Below, in pieces: positions 45,956 through 56,453 of a DNA stretch of 64,000 nt. This DNA comes from Blepharisma stoltei ATCC 30299 (Eukaryota > Protista > Ciliophora), in assembly GCA_965603825.1 (NCBI GenBank), contig CBFDEM010000064.1, positions 124,001-188,000 of the forward strand, read 5' to 3'. The position numbers and the translations under genes were made by a program. Under the pieces are notes generated by a model, which was not told the DNA's origin, searched no databases, and saw nothing but the letters and a program-made list of their open reading frames with translations. How positions within the stretch are numbered: position 1 is the first letter of the stretch; each line of letters starts with the position of its first letter.

Positions 45956-46882
45956 ATGCCCAAAAGAAATAGATCGAGGTCAAGCTCTTATTCACGCTCT
46001 CGTTCTCGTTCTAGATCGTCGTCTTCATCATATAGTAGCTCTCCTTCTCGAAGCCCATCTCCCACATCAAGAGCTATGGTTCCTATGCCAGATCCAGATT
46101 CATCTTTAGTTGTAGACTTTCTTCACTCATTTCAGGAATCTAATGCTGCGAGATCAGATAAAATTGACTCAAGAATTTATATCGATAATTTGCCTACAGA
46201 CACAGATGAAGCTGAATTCACTGACACTTTTATATCCTCTATGAGAGCTTTAGGACTTATAACTCGCCAAGGTAGCCCTTTATTAAATTCGTGGCGACCT
46301 AAAAATAGCACATTTATTTTTTTCGATTTCCGCAGCGTAGAAGAAGCTAATAATGCTCTAACACTCCAAGGAATGACCTATAGAAGCAAAGAAATAAAAG
46401 TTTCCAGGCCCAAACACTATACAGGCTCTCAGCCAATGAATGCAAATGCCATGAGCACACTTTTTGGAAATTACGCCAATAAAAATATCCAGAAAATGCC
46501 TTTAGAAGAAATTTGCAAAAAAAATCTTCCAAGCACGAGAAGAATAGATCCAGTGACAAAAGTTTTAGTTTTGAGGAATATTATAACTGCCTCAGAAATA
46601 CAAACAGATACAGAATATTTAGATATTATAAGCGATCTCAGATTTGAGCTTGAAAAGCATGGAACTATTTTATCTTTAAGTGTGCCAAGGTGTGGGGAAA
46701 AGGGGATTGGGAATGTTTATGTAGAATATTCAAACGTAACTGAGGCATCAAATGCAAGAAAAATAATTGCAACGAAAAGATTTGCAGGAAAATGGGTTGA
46801 TGTTAGATTTTTCCCTGCTATCATGTACGAAAATAAAGATTTCAGGGAGTCATGGGAAATTAATGCTATAACTAATACTTAA
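45956..46882 (+). CDS. U2AF large subunit (U2AF65/U2AF2)-like splicing factor: RS, one RRM, UHM
   Basis: RS repeats; RIYIDNLP...FIFFDFRSVEEA..AL.LQG.......VSRPKHY (RRM1-like); TKVLVLRN.....EY.DI..D.R.E..K.G......PR...G.G.VYVEY...RFAG (UHM). Confidence 0.85.
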   Translation: MPKRNRSRSSSYSRSRSRSRSSSSSYSSSPSRSPSPTSRAMVPMPDPDSSLVVDFLHSFQESNAARSDKIDSRIYIDNLPTDTDEAEFTDTFISSMRALGLITRQGSPLLNSWRPKNSTFIFFDFRSVEEANNALTLQGMTYRSKEIKVSRPKHYTGSQPMNANAMSTLFGNYANKNIQKMPLEEICKKNLPSTRRIDPVTKVLVLRNIITASEIQTDTEYLDIISDLRFELEKHGTILSLSVPRCGEKGIGNVYVEYSNVTEASNARKIIATKRFAGKWVDVRFFPAIMYENKDFRESWEINAITNT

Positions 46883-46899
46883 ATAATAAGGACATTTTA

Positions 46900-49101
46900 A
46901 TGATCAAGAAAGCCACTCTCTTAGGCCTCGCTGGAGTTTCGATTTTTTTCGTTTTTCTTTGTCATTCCTTAAGAAACAGTGAAAAAAATGATAATATTTC
47001 ATATATTTCAGTAATATCTATTTAGAATCTAAGCACTGTTGGTAACGCAAAAGTCAAGAAAATTAATTGTAAAAGATTTCAGTGCCCTTGGCTTAAATAC
47101 TTACCAAATGATAGATGAATAGAAAATTACCAAAATAAAACAGCTTTGAAATATTATGATGACGTAGAATTGAAATTTGGCTCTGCAGAAAAAAACCTGT
47201 ATTGCTTGCCGCAATCATTTGGGTATGATGAAAATGAAGCAAAAATAGTTTTTCCTTTAAAAAATTACCCAAAGTGCAGAGAAAAGTACCCAAATCTCAA
47301 AGAATCTATGTTTATGAATATAAAAGAAAATACTTTGACAATGAACTGCACAGGAAATTTCATGGGAAAATATGTGCTAGGCATGAATTCTTATAACGAG
47401 TCATTTATATTGGAAAGTGCGTTCAATAACCCAATCCGGCTATATAATGGGCCAGTAACTCTGAAAAATAACGAAGAATGGGCTTTAGGAACCTGCGAAC
47501 CAGATGGAGAATATTTTGATCAAATACAATATAAGTTTCGTTATAAAATGGAGACAAAAGAAAGAGTTTTCTCCAAAATGTTAGAAAATCATAAAAGTAG
47601 CTCCTCTATAGAAGCGCCCAAAAAATTAATTATTCTTTTAATTTCAATTGATTCTGCTTCAAGGAGGCATTTTTATAGAAAACTCCCAAATACAGTTAAT
47701 TTGCTAAATTCCCTTAATGATGAGGAATATAAGGTCTATGATTTTAAAATCCATAATGTCATAGGAGATAATTCAGTGAGAAATGTAATTCCTCTATTTA
47801 CCGGGAGTTCGAGAATATATCATGTAGGAGATAAAGAGGATGAATGAAACATGAACAAATTTTATCATGGAGATGCATTGGGAAATTCTTCTATTTTTTG
47901 GTATATGAAAGAAAGAGGATTTGCTACACTGCTAGGATTTGAATTTTGTTCGCATTATTTTGCTAACTATATGGGTGACAAGCCAGATATTGACCATATA
48001 ATGGGGAATTTTTGATGTGGCGCGCAAAAGCATTGCGGCTACTCCTATGAAAAAATAGCTATTGGGCAAAGATGTTTGGGAACTAACATGTCGCACAAGT
48101 ATATGTTTGATTATTTATCAGAGTTTACGTCCCAATATAATGAACTTAACCAATTTATTTATCTTCATGTAACGGCAAACCATGAAGCATCTGGCACCCT
48201 TATTGAAACTTTAGACGATGACTTATCTTCTTTTCTATTAAATTATTTTTCTATTATTAAAGAGACAGGCCATGAGTTGGCTTTATTTTTGCATGGAGAC
48301 CATGGGATGCGCTATGGTGAGTGATATAGAAACCCAGCTGCTTTTCAAGAGCACCGTCTTCCAGCTTTATTTCTAATCGCAAGCGATTCCATTCTCAAAC
48401 GATTACAGTATTCTTACGATATTTTATTACACAATTCCAAAAGATTAGTCGGCAAACTAGATCTTTATTTGACGCTAAAGCATCTATCGAATCTTCCATA
48501 CTCTTCTGACATATCCCAATATTCTTCTTTGTATAAAGACTGAAAAGCTGAAACCCAAGACAGCTCTATCAGCTTATTATTAGAAAAAGTTCCAAATAAT
48601 CGTGGGTGCATTGACATTGGCATTTCGAACTTTTGGTGCTCTTGCATGAATATGGATATTATAGAAAAAAATGTTATTAATAGTGACTTTTCTTTAAAAT
48701 TTTTAATAGAAAAGCTAAGCGATTATATGATCGAGCTGATCAATGAAGAAGCTTACCTAAACTTCAAAACTTATAAGAATTCTATATGTAAAAAAGTAAC
48801 TTTGAAAGAAGTCATCTCAGTCTACGCACAAAAAATTAAAACCACAACTGATGCTTATAAACTCGAGTTTTCAATAAATGAAGATAAAAATGCGGTTTTT
48901 GAGGCTTATATAGTTATAGGAAAGAAAAGAGGATGCAAAGAAAATACTGGTGGTTTTCATGCAATTCCGATATATTATAAGAACAGGAAATTAAGAGCTG
49001 TAGCAATGTTTTTGAAGAGGATAGATAAAAATGAAGAAAGATGTGAGCATGCTGCAAAGGAGATAGGAGTGAATCCAGATTTTTGTATTTGCAGAGACTA
49101 G
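46900..49101 (+). CDS. DUF229-like (alkaline phosphatase/sulfatase superfamily) type II membrane protein, copy 1; intron 47011-47025
   Basis: IDSASRRHFYRKLP, HNVIGDNS, HGDHGMRYG, E.RLP, CSC motifs; pieces in one frame with TGA=Trp. Confidence 0.85.
47011..47025 (+). other. 15-nt spliceosomal intron
   Basis: gtaatatctatttag, phase 0. Confidence 0.85.
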
Positions 49102-49119
49102 GAAGGTTTTTACTATGAT

Positions 49120-51462
49120 TTATCTTAAGTAAGTTAATCTAGGTCTTTCTGCTTCTTTTTGGAGCTTAGTTAAATAGCCATTAAAATTCAATCTTAAAAG
49201 CAGCTGACCTAAAGCTGTATGTTGACCCTTTAAACTACTCAGGACGTTAAATGCAAAAAGCAGCTGTTGCTCAAAAGTGGTTCTAACCATTTTCAAATCA
49301 CCCCCTCGCTCCATCACTCCACACAGCTCATGGCAGCATCTAGAAATTTCTTGTATAGATTTCACGATTTTAGGAAATTGCAAAAAGCAAAGATAAGCAG
49401 TTTTCGCTACGTATTGATCATGGTAGCTTCTGACTTCTTCAAAATCTTCACTTTCACTTACTTTTTTCTTAAAAAGTGTAAATTGTGTTTGAATTATGTC
49501 AAGCTGCAAATAAGATATCAGATTATCAAGCAAAAAATTCATTTGAGCCCTCAGCTGTAATGCTTCTCTTGGTATTTCGCTCATAGACTGCAACTGTGGA
49601 TTTCTTTTTTTTACTAAAGTAATTCATGATCTTTGTAAGGTAAATTGTGCTCTTTTTAAGGTAAATAAAAATCTAAAAAGTGCCATATATTTGTCTAGAA
49701 TTTGAGGAGAAAGCATCAGATTTAATGGCCATTCTGTACAATATTCCAATGTAAGGCCACTTCAGCTGTCGAAAATAGCTGTTTGCATACCTGTTCCAGT
49801 CTGGATAAATCCTCAGTTTAATAGCTCTATCCCAGTTTGTGAGCCAATGCCTATATATGCAGAAGTTCCAACATCAAGCTTAATTCCTTGAAAGTTTACC
49901 TGTGAGTCAATGCACACATTACCATTTAATTCCACCTTAATAAAATCCGATTCATAAGTCAGCCCAACTTTTATAGTTGTGAGCTCACATTTTTTTTCTG
50001 ACTCTGCAACAGTCAACTGATTAACCTGTACGGCGAATCTCATTATTCCTTCATTTATTGTGACTGCGAGAACAAGCCCATTTTCTATTTCAGGCGGAGA
50101 TATTGGTGCTTTGCTGTATTGGCCAGAGATTTCTTTTTCACTTTGAAGCATTAAATAAGCATAGCAAGGAGAATTATATTTAAACGTGAATTGGCAGGTG
50201 AAGCCTGGCATGATTTGCTGCTTGCGAGAATGCCAGACTGCTCCAGGTCTTCTTGTGAATTTATTTTGTACAAGAGAAATTGAGTTTTTAGAAGTTTGAT
50301 TAGCATTGCTGAGTAATGATAAATCTTTGATACTTGAAAAATCATTATATGTAAAGCCTGATTGTTTTATAGACAGCTTGAAATTGGTAAGGTAGGGATC
50401 TTCTTCTAAAGATGACTGAGCTTGTGCAAATGGGCCTTGATTTATATCTTGGGCTGCTGTGTCTGGCTTAGGAGGAAGTGCCATTATATCCATGGATTCT
50501 TCAAGAAATGTTAAAATAAATTCTCCTCTGGAAAGAAGGAAATAATTCTTTAACGCATTGATATGCCCCATTAAATCAGATTTTACAACCACAAGGTTCC
50601 AAAGACGATTTCCTACAGATTTCCTCATCCGTTCAAGAATTTGAGCCAAAATTAATTTTGAAAAATTACTTTGTGCTTGTCTTAGAGCTTTAGCAAAGAT
50701 TTCAGCTTCTTCAGTAGGTAAAGAATCACCTAGAACTCTTACAGCTTTTCCAATAAAGAGTGCTTTTTCTGCTAATTTTGTAGTGATACATGATTCTGGG
50801 ATCATATCTAAATCTAAGCTGTATTTGCTTGTCCATTCATCACCTTCTTGCTGCCTTACAAAAAATTCACTAAACGAATCCAATAAATTCCCGTATACAG
50901 TTCATGCAATTAATTGATGGAAAAATACCTGTAATAATTTCACATTCATTCTTTCCATTGTATCTCTGAGTGCTGGACATTGTTCTTCTTTAAAAACTAA
51001 ATCTAGTAATTGTCCGCCTCTAAGCCTCTGTGTTTCTATTTGACGAGCAATTTTGGCAACAGCGGCTAATTCGTCATTTCTTACCAAATCTAGCAAGCTT
51101 GGAATAGTCAAAGTGCGGCCTTTTAAGTATTCTTGCTCTATTGATGCAATTTTACTTCTGTATTCTTCTAATAAGTCTTTAATCCCTCGGCATAATGCTT
51201 TTAAATAAAGTCCAGGTGATTCTTCGTCATCTGAGCCTCTTAAATTTACGATTTGGGTTAACCCAGCGTTCATTGCGCCATATCTTGTAGAAAACCTTTC
51301 AAGATATTTATAGTGTCCTGCAACTCTTAAGATTCTGTTAATTAACTCTTGCTCAGATTTATTTAAAAAATAGCAGTCTTCACGAACCTGAAAAACTCCG
51401 TTAACTTCTTCAATTACGCCGCCAATTTCTCCTAGTAAACCTAATAAAATTTCATGAAGCAT
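49120..51462 (-). CDS. TUBGCP4: Gamma-tubulin complex component 4 with an inserted lectin-like segment (780 aa)
   Basis: MLHEILLGLLG, GLYLKALC.G....L..YR, KALFIGKAV, LKNYFLLSRGE, FLLDNLISYLQLDI, QLLLRLNFN; one frame with TGA=Trp. Confidence 0.92.
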
Positions 51463-51640
51463 GTTATGATTTAATATAAATTTTATAATAAACTTATAAT
51501 TGTAATAAAAGCCCTTGTAAAAATTATAATAAAATAACTTGCCGATATATGTAAAAAAATACTAAAATTATCAGAAAGAGCCATCTTTATGATCTTAATT
51601 TACATTTAAATTTATCCAAAATCGTTACCAACAAAAACAG

Positions 51641-51982
51641 TTAATTACTTAACTTAATAGGCATTTTCCACTGAGCAAGCAAAATTCCTGGTACTGCCAT
51701 AGACGTATCACATTCCCGGTTCTCCATATAACTTTCCTCTGGCAAAGGAAGATCAATAAGCTCAATATCATCTTCAGTCCCTGTTTGCTCAGATAAAACC
51801 GATTGTTTCATTATAGGAACCTGGAAATTATTTACTAAAACTTTGGAGATTCTTTTGGCTTCATTCTCTTCTGTAGATTTTGTTGCTATAATTTTCGAAA
51901 TATCTGTAGACGGTCTGACAACGTCTCCTTCGCCAATAACAAGTTCGCCTTTTTCAGTCTTAATATTTCCACAACAACCCAT
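51641..51982 (-). CDS. Small protein with N-terminal MGCC acylation motif
   Basis: MGCCG start (myristoylation/palmitoylation-type); 113 aa. Confidence 0.6.
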   Translation of the reverse strand: MGCCGNIKTEKGELVIGEGDVVRPSTDISKIIATKSTEENEAKRISKVLVNNFQVPIMKQSVLSEQTGTEDDIELIDLPLPEESYMENRECDTSMAVPGILLAQWKMPIKLSN

Positions 51983-52461
51983 TCGGTAAGATATTAAATA
52001 ATATATTAAGTGATTAATAGGGTTACTTTCCATCTTGCCCATTATCAACCATGCATTTAGAATATAATAACAAGTATGAAAATAGAATAGACTTTTCCGT
52101 TTATCAATTTTATGGCTTCATGCGGCGTATATTCAAGATTTCTTGATTCTTAAATCTTCCGAGAGTTTTATTCCTTAGAAGATAATTTGGTTTTGCTTTT
52201 TATCTTTTAAGTTTTAAGAAACTAAATTTATTTCTGTTTAAATTGATGAAAATAGAATGCCCAATAAGCTGATGTTCTAAACAAGTAATATTTTCATATG
52301 AAGATTAGCTTGCAGCATGCTCGAATATTTTAGAACTTATGCTAATTGATTAGTTATTTGCACAATGATTAATTGATTTTGTAATAAATGTGCATCTCCT
52401 AACATAATAATAAATAGCATATATCATATCCAATTTAGTATTATTTAATCATTATAATAAA

Positions 52462-53715
52462 ATGGGAAATAATGCTTCTAATATATCCCCAAACAACAGA
52501 TTAGGTATCTCAATTACAAAACAAGTCTCAAGCAACACCCGCTTTCCATCCTCTCAGCGTGGTTCGATTCTTTCTGCTTTTATAATCCTCCCTGACCTTT
52601 CAGAATGATCTGAAAATTCTCGACTTTATCATATTATTTTAGTATCACCCCGAAGTATTGACATGTTTTGCTTACTAACAGGAGATGCTCGCATTCAAAA
52701 ATACCAGCCAAAGCGCGGAATTCACATTATGAGCGCTTGCCACTCCAAAGAAAGCATTCGAGGCAATATCATTGTTGTAGCAGAGTCTGATAAAATTTTC
52801 AAAATAATTCACACTTATACTTTTGCAATTCTTTCAGAAATAAATTCCCATTCCACAAGTAAAATAACTTGTATGATAAACCCAGCACCTGATCTAATTT
52901 ACGCAGGGTTTCATGACGGGTCAATAAAAGTTTGGCATTTCTCTCAGGAGTCTCCACAATTTTATTTTCATGAAGACTCGATAGTTCCGAGTGTGAGGAC
53001 AATTGAATATTCCCATATACAAAGATTTATTGTTGTGGGGTATGAAAACTCATATCAAAAAGAAGACGGGAGCTATGTTAAACTTGATAACAACCCGCTG
53101 AGGATTTATTATGCAGCTGCTAATGAACAAAATAAATCATTATTATTAGAAGGATTTTTAGGGGCTTGCTTATCAATTGTACTAATAGAAAATAAAAATC
53201 TTGTGATAGCGCTGAGTTCTGTACAAAGCGGAGTTTATATATGGGATTTTATTACAAGGACTAAATTACTGTGCTTTAATGTCCCAATTATGAGCCAAGC
53301 TCAAGATATTGCAAGTAAGCTCACAGCAATTGAGATGCCAGGCATGAGTGATATTTTATTGATAGGGAAAAGCGATGGGTCAATTTTAGTTTCACAATTA
53401 ACATTTAATGAAGAAGACACAAGCCTAACATGAAGTCCATTACAAAAAATTCAGCCAAAAATGTACCAAGTGCAGAATGAAAAAGAAAGCAACTGAATCA
53501 CATATCTAAGCTATGATAAAAGTATCGATGCAATTATCACTGGGGATGCCTCCTGCAGTGTTAGAATAGTCTCAAATTTATTTGATGAATGTTTAGGAAT
53601 AAAACAAATAGCACATGAGTCACAGGATGTTGAACAACTAGATAAATCTTTGGAAGAGGAGAAAAAATATGACGAGTCTTTAGAAGAGCCAAAGAAAAAT
53701 GCAGAGGATAATTAA
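52462..53715 (+). CDS. WD40-repeat protein with N-myristoylation-type start (MGNNAS)
   Basis: AGFHDGSIKVW, VYIWDF, GKSDGSI repeats; extends through TGAs to TAA 53713-53715. Confidence 0.82.
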
Positions 53716-53797
53716 AATAATCTCCATAATATATTTAAATAAGGCTATTTGAAACCTCCATTAAAAGAAATTGATATATATCAGTAATAATTACTTA

Positions 53798-56041
53798 ATG
53801 AAGCCTGGTAAAGTGATCATCCTGCTAATTGTCGCCTTTATTTTATTCTGGGCGATGAGTTTTTGCCCAAAGCGTCTCTTTTCTTTCCATCGTAGAGCTC
53901 CTCAGAAATATCATCCAAAAAATAAAGATATTCAAACAGTCACTCCTTCTTATAAAGTAAGCTCTATATAGCCAGGAGGCGCAGATGATTTTGTCGGCCG
54001 CAAGCGCTTGTGCTTTCGAAGCTGCTCATGAGATTCATACACAAATAATCAAGATTTCTTATCAAACCACCCTTTGAAAAAAGAATTTTTTATTAACGAC
54101 ACTGACAAACTAAGAGACATAAAAGACCAAATGCATTGCTTTCCTGAAGTTTTTGGCTACTCAGTCGAGGCAGGAGAAAAAATTTTCCCTCCTCATGAGT
54201 ATCCTAGCTGCGAAAGCTTAACTTTAAATCCACCAAAAATGGAGATGAATTTTACTGAGAACAAATTAATTATGGAATGCGGAGGGAAAGCAAAAGGCTA
54301 TTATATTCTTGAACCAAAAGAATCAAAAAATTCTTTATATTTATTGCAAGAAATGAGAAAAATGTGGGAGGTTAAAGAATATGATGGGCCAGTTAATTTA
54401 AAACACAATGAAGAATATGCTTTAGGATCTTGCAATGGAAGTAAGTGAAATGGAGCTATTTATATGCCGAGATTTAATGAGGAGGCTTATAACAGGACTA
54501 AAGAAAAAATAAAAGAATTATCTGAAAAAACTGGAGTGTTTCATAGACCTCAAATAGTGTTTATGCTTACTGTAGACAGCTTTTCAAGAAGGCATTTTTT
54601 CAGAAAATTGCCAAAAACAGTTGAATTTTTGAACTCGCTTGGAGATTCAAAATACTCAGTTTTTGATTTTAAGATTCACAATATTTATGGAGATACATCT
54701 ATCAACAATATGGTTCCGGTGCTTGGCAGTAAGTTATATATAGACAAAACGCTAAAAGTGCATAGAAAACCTCCTAAAGTGGATTACATAGGCCCAAGTG
54801 CTTTGTGAAATCAGTTTAGAGAGATGGGATATATTACGTATCTGGGGTTTGAGGACTGCGATTATTATTTTCCAAAGTCATTAGGTAGATACCCAGAAGT
54901 TGATCACATCGCAAGATCATTTTATTGTGGAGGGTTTGAATATATGGACCTTAAAATGAATAAAAAGCACACTACACAGCGATGTATGGGAGATCACATG
55001 TCTCATTATTATATTCTTAATTATACATTTGCCTTCACAGATATGTATAAAGATATTAATCAATGGATATATATTCACATAAATACAGCTCATGAAGAAA
55101 CAGGACTTCACGCCGCAACCCTTGACCCAGACTTAAGTTATTTTTTAAAAGACTACTTAAAAAAATATGAAGATACCCACGATGTAGTAATATATTTGCA
55201 TGCAGACCATGGAATGAGATATGGAAAATGATTCACAGATATAGAAGCTTATCAAGAAGCCAAGCTTCCAGCATTTTTTTTGATAGCGTCAAATTCTTTA
55301 CTAGACAGAATCCCGAACTCATATGACAGTTTAACTTATAATACAATGAGATTAACCACAAAAATTGATTTGAGAACTTCTAGCTTATATCTTTCTGGAC
55401 TACCTTATGACATACAGTACCCTGTGTATCAAGAAGACTACAACAAGCCTTATTTGATACTTTTTACAAAAAAAGTGCATGGAGAGCGCACATGTGCCAA
55501 ACTTGGAATTTCTCCATTGTATTGTTCATGCCTAGTACTTAAAGATATTGATCCTTCATTTTATGACCTAAACTCTGATAATGAGCTGAATTTATTGTTA
55601 AGAAAAATAGTAATTGAAACCATTGCAGCCATAAACGATGAAGTTTTCACCCCTTCAAATTTACTAGGAGACTCTATATGTAAAAAATTGTCATTAAAGT
55701 CCATTCAAAAAGCTTTTGGGCTTCAATTAACATCTGTCCTAGAAGAAGTCCAAATACAGTTTGATGTAAACGAAAGTGAGACGGCACTTTTTGAAGTTTA
55801 TGCGCTTATAGGATCAAGCCCAAGAACTGAGATATTGAGAAATGCTGGGGGGCAAGGGGCAACTATACCTTTTGTGTATTTAGGTTATAGAGTTAGAATA
55901 AAAACAATAGGAATTAAAAGGAAAGATGCATATGCAGGACCATGCGAAAATTTGAGCAGAGCAAATGGCATTAACGCGGAATATTGCATTTGCAAAGAAT
56001 TCGAAGAAATTAAGCAGAAATTTCCAATATTATTTCAATAA
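53798..56041 (+). CDS. DUF229-like protein, copy 2; introns 53957-53971 and 54729-54743
   Basis: VDSFSRRHFFRKLPKT, HNIYGDTS, HADHGMRYG, YCSC; N-terminal TM. Confidence 0.88.
53957..53971 (+). other. 15-nt spliceosomal intron
   Basis: gtaagctctatatag; position shared with copies 3 and 4. Confidence 0.88.
54729..54743 (+). other. 15-nt spliceosomal intron (no in-frame stop; hidden inside a track ORF)
   Basis: gtaagttatatatag; same position as the 16-nt introns of copies 3 and 4. Confidence 0.8.
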
Positions 56042-56453
56042 TTCATATTTAAGTAAAAGCAAATATTAGAAATAAAATAAATATAATAACAAAAAGTTCA
56101 GATATAGTGATTTGAGGAGGTAATAAATTTACTGGCGAAAGCTTATAACTAGTTTTAATGCATCGATGTGAATACATTTAAACAGTCTTTTTACTATATA
56201 AATCAAGCACCAGCTTATTAACACTTGGCTATATTTAATTTTTGTAACAGCCGATCAATTTAATTTCATAATAAATATAAAGTTAGAGAAAATTTTGTTC
56301 TAGCTAAAAATATGGGTAGAATAAAAAGGGATTTTAGATTTCTTGCTTCTTTTATATTAAATCTCATATTAATATAAACCAATATTTATCATTAAACTTT
56401 TCATATCTTTTCTCTCATGTTATACAAATTAATCCATAATTATTTTGTCATTT

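Noticed and set aside
953-51462. Functional cluster of ciliary genes
   Set aside because: The genes are scattered among unrelated ones and such genes are common in ciliate genomes; no evidence of clustering
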